Positions 46,656-56,194 are shown, counted from the first letter of the stretch. The stretch is 64,000 nucleotides of DNA from an uncultured delta proteobacterium (GCA_963712115.1 CAVQGX010000043.1:1-64000), one strand, 5' to 3'. The notes: generated by a model from the sequence alone, not told the origin. Numbers and translations are program-made.

Positions 46656-47960
46656 ATGAAGATTTGGGATGCGGATTATGAATGTATGCCACGGGACGAG
46701 CTAGCCCAGTTGCAGCTTGAGCGCCTACAGGCAACGCTCAATCGGGTTTACAAGAACGTCGCTTTTTACCGGAAGAAATTTGATGAGATTGACTTTGAGC
46801 CTGAGGACCTTGTTGAGCTGAATGATCTGGGGAAACTGCCTTTCACCTGCAGCAGGGATCTCAGTGATGCTTACCCCTATGATCTTTTCGCCGTTCCCTT
46901 GCGAGAGGTGGTAAGGGTCCATTCTTCCTCAGGTGCCACCAAGCCAGTTGTTGTAGGTTATACTAGACAGGACCTTAAAAATTGGAGCGAGCTTGTAGCC
47001 CGCGTTCTTACCGCCGGAGGCGTCACGGCTGACGATGTGGTACAAGTGACGCTGAATTATGGACTTCTCACCGGAGGCTTGGGACTCCACTATGGAGCCG
47101 AGCTCATCGGTGCGTCAGTACTTCCCACCTCAGTTGGGCGTACTGAACGGCAGGTAAAAATTATGCAAGACTACCGTACCACGGCTTTAGTGGCTACTCC
47201 TTCTTATGCTCTGGTTATAGCTGATCGCATGGAAAGGATGGGCGTTGATGCGAAGACACTTACGCTCAAGTTTGCCATGCTTGCCGGGGAGCCATGGTCT
47301 GAGGAGATGCGACAGGAAATTGAAGCAAGATTGTACGTCAAGGCTACGGACAATTACGGCCTCAGCGAGATAATGGGGCCTGGGGTGGCTGGCGAATGTC
47401 TTTATCAGGCCGGAATGCATCTGAACGAGGATCATTTCATTTTTGAGGTAGTGGATCCAAAAACGGGAGAGAATTTGCAGCCCGGGGAAGTTGGGGAACT
47501 GATCATAACAACTGTTACCAAAGAGGCATTTCCTCTGATCAGGTTTCGTACAGGTGATCTCTGCTCTATGCAATCTGAGACTTGCCAGTGCGGTCGGAGT
47601 CTGGCCCGCATGAGCAGGGTGCTCGGCCGTACCGACCAGGTAATCATAGTAAAAGGCATAAATATCATTCCGAGTCGCGTGGGTGATCTTCTTGAGGAAG
47701 TCCTAGGAAGCAAGCCCCCTTACCAGTTGGTGGTGGACAGAAAAGGCCACCTAGACAGCCTTACGGTGCAAGTTGAGGTTTCTGAGGACCTATTCTTTGA
47801 CAAAATGCGGGAGCAGCGCTCCTTGATAGAGAGAATGGGTGAAAAGGTCGCGGGGGGAATCGGAGTTACCCCAAAAATTATTTTGGTTGAACCTGGGTCC
47901 ATCAAGCGGGAGAAAGAGACTGCCTTCAAAGTGGTGGATTACAGGAAACTATCCAAATGA
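46656..47960 (+). CDS. paaK: phenylacetate (arylacetate)-CoA ligase
   Basis: HSSSGATKP, YGLLTGGLGLHYGAE, GEPWSE, DNYGLSEIMGPGV, RFRTGD, GRTD. Confidence 0.93.
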   Translation: MKIWDADYECMPRDELAQLQLERLQATLNRVYKNVAFYRKKFDEIDFEPEDLVELNDLGKLPFTCSRDLSDAYPYDLFAVPLREVVRVHSSSGATKPVVVGYTRQDLKNWSELVARVLTAGGVTADDVVQVTLNYGLLTGGLGLHYGAELIGASVLPTSVGRTERQVKIMQDYRTTALVATPSYALVIADRMERMGVDAKTLTLKFAMLAGEPWSEEMRQEIEARLYVKATDNYGLSEIMGPGVAGECLYQAGMHLNEDHFIFEVVDPKTGENLQPGEVGELIITTVTKEAFPLIRFRTGDLCSMQSETCQCGRSLARMSRVLGRTDQVIIVKGINIIPSRVGDLLEEVLGSKPPYQLVVDRKGHLDSLTVQVEVSEDLFFDKMREQRSLIERMGEKVAGGIGVTPKIILVEPGSIKREKETAFKVVDYRKLSK

Positions 47961-47973
47961 CATTGTACTTGTA

Positions 47974-48076
47974 GTCCGTGGCCTGTTGTCAAGAGCGGCA
48001 TAGGGCATAGAGCATGAGGCATAGGGCAAAATCTCAAATTCAAAACCGCTGTGCTCTTGACGCTCTGCGCTTTGCG
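47974..48076 (+). repeat. left arm of a ~100-bp inverted repeat flanking iorA
   Basis: Matches the reverse complement of 50017-50112. Confidence 0.8.
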
Positions 48077-48139
48077 GCCAACGAAGTGAGCTCAACTGAC
48101 TACGGACCGGGAAAAATTAGCAAACTGAGAGGTAAAAAA

Positions 48140-49999
48140 ATGCATGAACTGCTGGCAGCCGAACCGGGTAGCAAGAGATTACTCCTGGGAAACGAGGCTA
48201 TTGTCCGAGGGGCTCTTGAGGCAGGTATCTCCTTTGCCACCACCTACCCCGGAACTCCCTCCTCGGAGATCGGCGACAATTTCTATCGAATATCCCAAGA
48301 AACAGATATTTATTTCGAGTATTCGGTAAATGAGAAAGTAGCACTAGAAACTGCAGCTGCGGCTTCGACTTCTGGTCTGCGCACCATGTGCAGCATGAAG
48401 CATGTTGGCTTGAATGTAGCGTCCGATGCTCTTATGACTTTGGCTTATGTAGGGGTAAAGGGAGGCATGGTCATAGTCAGTGCTGACGATCCCTCAATGC
48501 ACTCCAGCCAAAACGAACAGGACAACCGTTTCTACGCCAGATTCGCCGGAATACCTATGCTCGAGCCAGCCAATTCCCAGGAAGCCTTGGATATGGCCCG
48601 GGCCGCTTTTGCGCTGTCCGAGTCCCATGGTATTCCAGTCCTGCTGCGCACCACTACGCGAGTAAATCACAGCCGGTCCGTTGTAGAGGTGGGACCATTG
48701 CAGGACTCGAGGGTGAAAGGGAGCTTCATAAAGGATCCCCTTAACCTCGTGCCGGTGCCCATGGTGGCAAGAAGGCTTCACGTTGAACTACTCGAAAAGC
48801 TAAAAAAATTACGAGTGGAGGCTGATAGTTCGTCTTTCAACAGAGTTGAAGGGGAGGGGACCTGGGGAGTGGTAACCAGTGGGGTGAGTTACAACTATGT
48901 CAAGGATGCCATTCGAGAATTAAATATTGCCGACCAAGTTCAGGTGCTAAAACTGGGAATGACCTATCCATTTCCAGAGGCACTCTGCTTGGACTTCATT
49001 GGAAAAGTTAAGAAAGTTCTGGTGGTTGAAGAGTTGGAGCCCTTCTTGGAAGACATGCTCAAGGTGACAGCTCAGGAACAAGGGCTGACAATCAAAATTA
49101 AGGGTAAGGGTGATGAATTACTGCCCCGTTACTTCGAATTCGATCCAGTCCTGGTCAAGTCAGCCGTTGCCCGGTTTTTCCAACTGGATTATGAGCCACC
49201 GAAGGTGGAAATGAGATCGGATCTTCCTCAGCGACCGCCTAATCTTTGCGCGGGTTGTCCGCACAGAGCCAGTTATTATGCGGTGAGACAGGCATTTGGC
49301 GAAGGGGGTGCTATTTACCCATCTGACATAGGTTGTTACACTCTGGGGTTACTGCCGCCTCTCGCTGCAGCCGACTATCTCCTTTGTATGGGATCCAGTG
49401 TTTCCAGCGCTGGCGGTTTTTCCAAGGCTCAGGACCAGCCTGTAGTGGCTTTTGTTGGCGATTCGACCTTCTTCCACTCGGGTGTTACCGGGCTTATTAA
49501 TGCTGTCCAGAATGAACACAATTTTATCCTGGTAATTTTGGACAACGGCACAACCGCCATGACAGGACAGCAGCCCCATCCTGGGGTGGAACTCACTGAA
49601 GAAGGGCGCCAGCCTCCCAAAGTGGATCTTAAGGCATTAGTTCGAGGTTGCGGTGTAGATCGGGTAGTTGTGGTTAATCCCCTGCAGGTTGAAAAGACAG
49701 TCGCCACTATAAAAGAGGTTATGCAAGACAAACCTGGTGTAAAGGTGGTCATCTCAAAATCACCCTGTCCGCTATTCGAAAGACGTGTCACTGGCAAGAA
49801 ACAGAAGGTTGTTTTTAGGGTGACTAACGAGTGCGATATGTGTAGAAGGTGCCTGGATGAGCTCGGATGTCCGGCCTTTACCTACTGTGAGGATGAGAAT
49901 GAGTGCGCTTTTATTGCAATCGATGAACATTTATGCAGCGGTTGCAGCGTCTGTAAGCAAATTTGTCACGCAATAAAGCCGAAGAAGAAGAGTGCTTAA
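48140..49999 (+). CDS. iorA: indolepyruvate:ferredoxin oxidoreductase alpha subunit
   Basis: GNEAIVRG, YPGTPSSE, MKHVGLN, SSQNEQD, CAGCPHR, GDSTFFHSG TPP motif, C-terminal ferredoxin Cys motifs. Confidence 0.95.
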   Translation: MHELLAAEPGSKRLLLGNEAIVRGALEAGISFATTYPGTPSSEIGDNFYRISQETDIYFEYSVNEKVALETAAAASTSGLRTMCSMKHVGLNVASDALMTLAYVGVKGGMVIVSADDPSMHSSQNEQDNRFYARFAGIPMLEPANSQEALDMARAAFALSESHGIPVLLRTTTRVNHSRSVVEVGPLQDSRVKGSFIKDPLNLVPVPMVARRLHVELLEKLKKLRVEADSSSFNRVEGEGTWGVVTSGVSYNYVKDAIRELNIADQVQVLKLGMTYPFPEALCLDFIGKVKKVLVVEELEPFLEDMLKVTAQEQGLTIKIKGKGDELLPRYFEFDPVLVKSAVARFFQLDYEPPKVEMRSDLPQRPPNLCAGCPHRASYYAVRQAFGEGGAIYPSDIGCYTLGLLPPLAAADYLLCMGSSVSSAGGFSKAQDQPVVAFVGDSTFFHSGVTGLINAVQNEHNFILVILDNGTTAMTGQQPHPGVELTEEGRQPPKVDLKALVRGCGVDRVVVVNPLQVEKTVATIKEVMQDKPGVKVVISKSPCPLFERRVTGKKQKVVFRVTNECDMCRRCLDELGCPAFTYCEDENECAFIAIDEHLCSGCSVCKQICHAIKPKKKSA

Positions 50000-50016
50000 G
50001 GTCTGTTGTCTAGATT

Positions 50017-50112
50017 CGCAAAGCGCAGAGCGCCAGGCGCATAGCGGTTTTGAATTTAATATTTTACCCTAGGCTCTATGCTCTGTGCCGCTTTTGACAA
50101 CCGACCGCGGAC
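50017..50112 (-). repeat. right arm of the inverted repeat flanking iorA
   Basis: Shares aaattcaaaaccgct and cgctctgcgctttgcg with the left arm. Confidence 0.8.
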
Positions 50113-50183
50113 GCTTGACGCATGGATGTACACGCCCATGGTTGTGACGGATCTGCAATTAGTCGACAACTGAGGAACAAGGT

Positions 50184-50765
50184 ATGGAAAGCTGGCGTAT
50201 TTTTTTTACTGGTGTAGGCGGGCAGGGTACCTTGCTGGCCACCAGGGTGTTAGGTGAAGCGGCGCTAGTCTCTAATATTCCTGTGGTGGTGAGTGAGGTT
50301 CACGGTATGGCCCAGCGCGGAGGGGTGGTCGAGTCGGCAGTGGTGCTGGGCGAGGTACAGAGTCCAGTTATATCAGATGGTGAAGTAGACATCCTTATGG
50401 CCTTTGAACCGTTAGAGGCTTTGAGGGCAGTACGAAAGTGCTCGTCTCGTAGCCTGGTGATTTGCAACACTAGCCCTGTAGCTCCTTTTAGTGTATCCAG
50501 TGGCAGGGATCGATATCCAGATGTCTCTAGTATGATGAAAGCTATATGGAGCCAAGTAAGCAATCTCATTGCCTATGACGCCAGAGCTCTGGCCCGCGAA
50601 GCCGGCTCGGAGCTCTCGGTAAATATTGTGATGCTTGGAACCCTTATGCGCCATGCAACAATGCCCTTCGATGAGAAGGTGGTAAAGAAGGTTCTCAATA
50701 CTAGGACAAAGAAATCTTTTCTGGAGATAAATCTGAAGGCATTTGATTTGGGTTATGAGGTATGA
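50184..50765 (+). CDS. iorB: indolepyruvate:ferredoxin oxidoreductase beta subunit
   Basis: GVGGQG, SEVHGMAQRGG, FEPLEALR, NIVMLG, NLKAF. Confidence 0.94.
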   Translation: MESWRIFFTGVGGQGTLLATRVLGEAALVSNIPVVVSEVHGMAQRGGVVESAVVLGEVQSPVISDGEVDILMAFEPLEALRAVRKCSSRSLVICNTSPVAPFSVSSGRDRYPDVSSMMKAIWSQVSNLIAYDARALAREAGSELSVNIVMLGTLMRHATMPFDEKVVKKVLNTRTKKSFLEINLKAFDLGYEV

Positions 50766-51283
50766 TTAGACAAAAAACGTTAATCTTACTAGGATTACCA
50801 CTCCTCTGGCTTGTTCTTGCCAACGCCACTTGCAACAACAGAAAGGGCGAGGAAGATTTGGTCAACTCTTATAAGGTGGTGCGATTCCATTTGTCAGAGT
50901 GTCGCAATATGGGTGCAGATAGCTTGGATCCAGTTGGCCTGGAGGAGGCCATGCGTCTCACTGAGGAGGTGGGTGGAATGTTGGACAAGGGCAATTGGAC
51001 CCAGGCGAGTGAGGCCATTGCTCAATTGGAACAAACCGTCGGGTTTCTCCTCGAGCAGATGAAAAGCTGGGACCCAGATGAAGACGGCCTGAGTAACTAC
51101 GCAGAGTATATGTTGTACGGGACCTCTTGGGCAGATGGTGACACCGATGGGGATGGATATTTCGATGGTAGTGAAATTCTACATTTCGAAACGGATCCTC
51201 TGGATCACTGTGGAGTACCAATAGGTTTCCCTCTGGAGACTACAGTCCAACGTGACTGCCCGGCACTGGAGAAACTGAGGTAG
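50762..51283 (+). CDS. putative lipoprotein with Ca-binding DxDxDG (TSP3-like) repeats
   Basis: Signal peptide ending ATC; DPDEDGL..E..YGT, DTDGDGYFDG.E. Confidence 0.65.
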   Translation: MIRQKTLILLGLPLLWLVLANATCNNRKGEEDLVNSYKVVRFHLSECRNMGADSLDPVGLEEAMRLTEEVGGMLDKGNWTQASEAIAQLEQTVGFLLEQMKSWDPDEDGLSNYAEYMLYGTSWADGDTDGDGYFDGSEILHFETDPLDHCGVPIGFPLETTVQRDCPALEKLR

Positions 51284-51446
51284 GGATTGAATGCAGATCA
51301 TTGAAAAAGAGGTGACGAGGTCCGCAAGATTACTGTATAATCGAGTAAAAGCACTAAATCATAAGCATCCAGCACCTTCGAAAAGGTCAACTTAACAGGT
51401 CAGACAGAGGGCATAAGAACCCTTTTGTCTTGTGAAGGAACATCTT

Positions 51447-51698
51447 ATGAAATGCGAGACGTGCGGCGCGCTGAACGATGCTGATGCTGCTTTTTGCAAA
51501 GGATGTGGAAGTAAACTTGGGCTCAGTGAGTGTTCTAAGTGCGGTGCGCCAACTGATCCAGACGCATCGTTTTGTTCGAAGTGTGGATTTGAGCTTGCTG
51601 CCAATGTTCCGTCCAATAGCAAGACTTGTCAAAGCTGTGGTTTTGTCAACCCACCGGCTACAGTGTACTGTAAGAGGTGTAATCAGAAGATAATATAG
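51447..51698 (+). CDS. zinc ribbon repeat protein (DZANK-like)
   Basis: Three CxxC-N/T...F/YCxxC units. Confidence 0.8.
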   Translation: MKCETCGALNDADAAFCKGCGSKLGLSECSKCGAPTDPDASFCSKCGFELAANVPSNSKTCQSCGFVNPPATVYCKRCNQKII

Positions 51699-51767
51699 TT
51701 GATTTTATCAAGTGAAATGAGGTAATAATCCCAGCCAGGAGAACTCAACCCCTCGGGACACTTAAAG

Positions 51768-52517
51768 ATGGAATTTAAGCGTACTGTAGAATACGAGGAT
51801 GGAGAGCTCATTCTAATGGAAGGAGGGGAGAGCGACCGGGATATTTATGTTCTTCTGGAAGGTCAGGCAAAGGTGACCAAGGAGACCGACAAAGGGCAAG
51901 TGACGCTCGCTTTGCTCGAGGAAGGTGACATTTTCGGCGAGGTTTCATTCTTGGCCCAGAGGGTTGGAGCTCGCTCTGCAACTATTGCCGCTAGGGGTAA
52001 AGTAAAAATTGGGATTTTAGACCATGAAAAGTTATCAGGTGAGTACAAAGCACTCTCACCCCTCTTTCAGCAAATGCTTAAAGAGTTGGCTGAGCGCTTC
52101 AGCAAGACTACGGCCTTGGCAGCTCGGCTTGCCGCAAGGCGTATGGATAGACCGAGCCTGGAAAGGCGTGAGGCAAAGCGGAATCCCTTGCAGGACCTGC
52201 GCATTCAGGTAACCTACTCACTGGAAGGGGGCGTTAGGACGGAAACCTACCAAGGTATACTTCTAGACTTGGCGAGTACCGGCATGGGTCTAGCCTTGCT
52301 TACAAACAGTTTTAGTGAAGCAACCCACCGTCTAGGGGCCCAGTTCAACTTTCAGTTTACCCTTCCCGGCAAACCCATGATTAAGGTGGCGGGCCATATT
52401 GCTTGGGCACGCGCAATGGGTGGAAGGAAAGCCCGCATGGGGGTAAAATTCAGCGAACCCAATCCTTACCTCCGTAAACTCATCGAGGAATTTCTCCAAA
52501 GTATAGCTGACCATTAG
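51768..52517 (+). CDS. cyclic nucleotide-binding plus PilZ domain protein
   Basis: GDIFGE..RSATI (cNMP); REAKR, DLASTG, MGVKF (PilZ). Confidence 0.85.
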   Translation: MEFKRTVEYEDGELILMEGGESDRDIYVLLEGQAKVTKETDKGQVTLALLEEGDIFGEVSFLAQRVGARSATIAARGKVKIGILDHEKLSGEYKALSPLFQQMLKELAERFSKTTALAARLAARRMDRPSLERREAKRNPLQDLRIQVTYSLEGGVRTETYQGILLDLASTGMGLALLTNSFSEATHRLGAQFNFQFTLPGKPMIKVAGHIAWARAMGGRKARMGVKFSEPNPYLRKLIEEFLQSIADH

Positions 52518-52741
52518 AAGGGTTTCACCCGCCATCTAAAACATTTATTTCACCGGCCTGCATTTAGTATAGAGGGATAAGTTAGGTGTGCCAGTGCGTC
52601 TTATAGCGCAAAGCACAATGGTCTTTTTACATTTGACATCTATAAGAATAGTCCAGGAGAGCTTTTATTCTAAGAATGGACTGGTGGTAAATGTGGAATG
52701 TGTTTACTGCTCAGTGCCTGGTTCGTAGTGCCTAGAGTTCC

Positions 52742-52990
52742 TTAACGAGTGGGCCCAGGGATGTCTATAGTGGCGCAGGTTCCGCCGCTGCAAGATTTGC
52801 TGGTCACCTTGGTTTTGTCGGAGCCCCCACTTGAACTGCTACCCATCACATAGCTAACGCAGCTCATTACTCGCTCAACCTCTTCGTTATTGCAGTTGGG
52901 ACATTTCATCTCGGTTGTGTCATCTTGGCGAACAGCAAGAAGCTCGAAACAATGATTGCAGGAAAGACAGCGGAATTCATAAATAGGCAT
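52742..52990 (-). CDS. FmdB family zinc ribbon protein
   Basis: MPIYEFRCxxC..FE...CPxC. Confidence 0.9.
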   Translation of the reverse strand: MPIYEFRCLSCNHCFELLAVRQDDTTEMKCPNCNNEEVERVMSCVSYVMGSSSSGGSDKTKVTSKSCSGGTCATIDIPGPTR

Positions 52991-53035
52991 ATTTACCCTC
53001 CGAGCCCAAGTATCCCGGGGTTGAACATTTATCCC

Positions 53036-53064
53036 ACTTTAATTCAGAGCGCGCCAGTTGTCAA
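53036..53064 (-). promoter_or_regulatory. putative sigma70 promoter
   Basis: TTGACA-N17-TAAAGT upstream of the FmdB-family gene. Confidence 0.55.
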
Positions 53065-53165
53065 ATCCAATGGAGTTTCACCAGAGCGCAGAGCTCTTAT
53101 GGGCTCGGGCCGACGAGCAAATGGCGCATGACAAAACATGAGCCTCTGGCTATAGTGAACAGCTC

Positions 53166-53909
53166 ATGCAGTTACTAGAGGAATTGATAAATAGCTTGAA
53201 AAGGGACCTTCCTGTAACAGCTGGAGTGGTGGGTTCTCATCTAATCGCAGTGGCGAGCCGGCGGCTAGGGTTAGCGGCTCATCTTCCCAGGGCTGAAGGC
53301 AAAGAGCTAGTTTCTTCTGAGAAGGCGATGTTTACCCTGGTTGGCAGGAGCGCCCGCGATCTTGCCATGTGGCTAATGGGCGACGAGTGGCTTAGGGCTG
53401 GAATCGGCATGGCATCACTCAATTCTCTGCTTGAAATTGACCACGGCAAACTCCATGAGATCAACGCCAAACATATAATAGCAGACCGGGCTGCTGGCAA
53501 AAATCTTATGGTAGTGGGGCATTTTCCTTTTGTGAATACAATTCGGCCAAGTGTGCGTAATCTTTGGATTATGGAAAAAAAATCAGGTGCTGAGTACATC
53601 TCTGAGGAAGAGGGCTATCATCTCCTGCCAGAGGCCGACGTCGTTGCCATTACGGGTAGTAGCTTGATCAACCATACCTTCGAACGTATCATGTCTAATT
53701 GCAGATCGGGTAGTTTCAAAATAATGTTGGGTCCATCCACTCCCTTGAGTCCTGTTCTTTTTGATTATGGTCTGGACGCCATCGGTGGTGCCTTGGTGGA
53801 AGTTGTGAACGCTGTTTTGGCTGAGGTCGAACAAGGTGCTGCCTTTCGTAATCTGAAGGGGGTACGTACGGTGGTAATGGCTAAGGATTCCCTCCGGGAA
53901 TTCAGATAA
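53166..53909 (+). CDS. DUF364 (Rossmann-like) family protein
   Basis: VVGHFPF, ADVVAITGSSLINHT, LGPSTPLSPVLFDYG. Confidence 0.85.
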   Translation: MQLLEELINSLKRDLPVTAGVVGSHLIAVASRRLGLAAHLPRAEGKELVSSEKAMFTLVGRSARDLAMWLMGDEWLRAGIGMASLNSLLEIDHGKLHEINAKHIIADRAAGKNLMVVGHFPFVNTIRPSVRNLWIMEKKSGAEYISEEEGYHLLPEADVVAITGSSLINHTFERIMSNCRSGSFKIMLGPSTPLSPVLFDYGLDAIGGALVEVVNAVLAEVEQGAAFRNLKGVRTVVMAKDSLREFR

Positions 53910-54049
53910 ATTCGAAATTCTAATATCTAAATCCGAAACAAATTCAAATTACCAAATTCTCCAATGCTCAAAACGAATCACTGTCTTGGTCATTTGGATT
54001 TTGGTAATTAGGATTTGTTTAGTGCTTCGTGCTTCGGATTTAGAGTTTA
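53907..54049. repeat. AAATCCG-family inverted hairpin element, copy C
   Basis: Collinear with copies A and B; begins at the TAA of the upstream gene. Confidence 0.8.
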
Positions 54050-54071
54050 CCAGCGAGAGATTGGAGCAGGG

Positions 54072-54905
54072 ATGTTGGATCCAGAACAACTTCTATATGT
54101 GTACGAGTTGAAGGGGGGAGTTCCTCCGCCCTTTTTGGATCTCAAAGGGTTATTAGGAGTTTGGCCGGAGGCAGATTATACCTATTTGTTCTTTACCAGC
54201 CCTGCCGATGCCACCTTAGAGTTGTTTTTTCGCGAGCATCCTGAGTATAGCTTGACTCGTCACTATCGACTCCCCTATGGGCATTGGCAGCAGCTTGCGG
54301 TGAAGGAGCCACTGGTTATCGATAGGTTCAAAATCATCACTAGTAAGCAGTCGGTCAAGTTGTCAGCGGGTGAGATTCTCCTATGGATTGATCCTGGAGT
54401 TATATTCGGATCGGGCCTTCATCCAACTACCCGCGGTTGCTTGCGAGCGTTGTCAAGTCTTTATTCTCAGGCTGCACCGGTTAAAGTCTTAGACCTGGGC
54501 ACCGGTACTGGTATACTGGCGATAGCAGCTGCGAAACTTGGAGCTGAGCAGGTGGATGCCGTGGATTTGAATCCAATGGCCATTTCTACTGCAGCAGATA
54601 ATTGCGAGCGCAACGGGGTTAAAGATGCTGTAAGATTGATTCAGGGAGATGCTCGCCACCAATTGCCTGAAGCGGAACTTTTGTGCGTTAATATACACTT
54701 TGACTTCCTTGAGACTTTTTTGGGAAGCTCTGCTGTTTGCCGTTACCGTTGGGCCATAGTCGGCGGCTTCCTTAAAGAAAAACTACCCGAGGTTCGAGTT
54801 TTACTACCATCTTGTGCCGTGTTAAAAAAGCCGGTGCTGGAGGAAGAAGGCTGGGTTACGCTGCTATTGGAGATAGAAAAGGATAAGGCAGCCCACTCTC
54901 ACTAA
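54072..54905 (+). CDS. prmA: ribosomal protein L11 methyltransferase-like protein
   Basis: IDPGVIFGSGLHPTT, VLDLGTGTGILA; ATG 54072. Confidence 0.75.
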   Translation: MLDPEQLLYVYELKGGVPPPFLDLKGLLGVWPEADYTYLFFTSPADATLELFFREHPEYSLTRHYRLPYGHWQQLAVKEPLVIDRFKIITSKQSVKLSAGEILLWIDPGVIFGSGLHPTTRGCLRALSSLYSQAAPVKVLDLGTGTGILAIAAAKLGAEQVDAVDLNPMAISTAADNCERNGVKDAVRLIQGDARHQLPEAELLCVNIHFDFLETFLGSSAVCRYRWAIVGGFLKEKLPEVRVLLPSCAVLKKPVLEEEGWVTLLLEIEKDKAAHSH

Positions 54906-55033
54906 GGAGCCACGGCCGAGCATAATGCCTGGTGCCTAGTCGGAGCAGTTCTCTGAGTTCTCCAGCGAGATCGCAGAGGCAAGGGAGCGGGCGAAGGTCT
55001 ATTTTCTCTGAATTGCTTGCTGGAAGGTTTATC

Positions 55034-55462
55034 ATGCATAACAATAACTTACCTACAAGGGGCCCGCATTTTACCGATGCTCAACGAACGGTTATCAGAA
55101 TCTTGCTAAATGCAGTGGCATTGGTTCTCACGGCAGGGCTGTTTGAAAGCATTTATCTGGAGGGATTTTTCTCTGCAGTTCTTGCTGTTATGATCCTTGC
55201 CTTCATTAATGCTTTTATTCGACCGATCTTTTTACTTTTAACATTACCCCTTACTGTGATGACTCTCGGGCTTTTCACCTTGGTTATCAACGCCACACTT
55301 TTCAAGCTAACTTCTATTCTGGTCCCCGGGTTTCATGTAGGTGGATTCTGGAGTGCTTTGGGCGGGGCAGTCATGTACAGCATATTGATATTGTTGATTA
55401 ATATCTTTTTGTTTCCACCACCCGGCGGTCCAGGTATTACTTTCTACTACCGCCGGTTCTAG
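55034..55462 (+). CDS. YvlD/DUF360 (4-TM holin-like) membrane protein
   Basis: NAFIRPI..LLTLPLTVMTLGLF.LVINA, GFWSAL. Confidence 0.88.
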   Translation: MHNNNLPTRGPHFTDAQRTVIRILLNAVALVLTAGLFESIYLEGFFSAVLAVMILAFINAFIRPIFLLLTLPLTVMTLGLFTLVINATLFKLTSILVPGFHVGGFWSALGGAVMYSILILLINIFLFPPPGGPGITFYYRRF

Positions 55463-55551
55463 TATGCTACTAGGCACCAAGAACTAAGCACCACGCACCA
55501 GGTGATTCTTGGTAGTGTTTAGTGCCTACTGTCTAGTGCCTAGTTTCTTCA

Positions 55552-55821
55552 CTAGCGCGTTACCAGCATAATCACACCCATGACGATAAAGAGGATTCCG
55601 GCCACTGTTTTAATCACGTAGGGCGGAAAGCAGCGAGCCAGAAAAGCCCCCAACAAAACCGCCAGCAACGAGCTGATGACCAGGGCCAGAGAAGCTCCTA
55701 AGAACACGGCCAAAGGCGATTTGCTGTCAGCTGATAGGCAGAGGGCTGCAAATTGAGTTTTGTCCCCCAGTTCTGCCAGAAAAATAAGACTGAAAGTGGT
55801 CAACAGGGTTCTTATATCCAC
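55552..55821 (-). CDS. TMEM165/GDT1 (UPF0016) single-repeat protein
   Basis: IFLAELGDKTQ; GTG start at 55821 with GGGAGG RBS. Confidence 0.88.
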   Translation of the reverse strand: MDIRTLLTTFSLIFLAELGDKTQFAALCLSADSKSPLAVFLGASLALVISSLLAVLLGAFLARCFPPYVIKTVAGILFIVMGVIMLVTR

Positions 55822-55878
55822 ATTAGCCTCCCCATAGACTTGTTTGCAGAAAAATTTTTGCTGCCAAGTTGATTCACC

Positions 55879-56194
55879 TAGCCCGCATATTTCATGAATC
55901 ACCTGCTGCGACCACGGATATGGCCGTCCTTCCTGGCGTCCTCGGGTGTCGGCCCCTGCGACGTACCGTTCAGGTATGCCTCGGCTTCGATCTTGGATTT
56001 GGGATTTCGGATCTCGGATTTTTGAGTACAATTGGTGATATAGAACTTAACAGTTCAGATCTCACCACTTGCTCTCTGGTTCTCACGAACTCTTCAGCAA
56101 ATTTTAAATCCGCATTCCGCATTCCGCAATCGTCGACCCGGTGGCACTCCCATCTTCGTGATCTCGCGACAGCAATTCATGAAATATCCGGGCT
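55879..56194. mobile_element. MITE copy 4 with the same nested insert as copy 3
   Basis: tagcccgcatatttcatgaat ... attcatgaaatatccgggct; near-identical to 42431-42788. Confidence 0.85.

Noticed and set aside
27118-55462. Prophage suggested by the HNH, DUF867 and holin-like genes
   Set aside because: The genes are scattered among housekeeping genes, with no integrase, terminase or structural genes.
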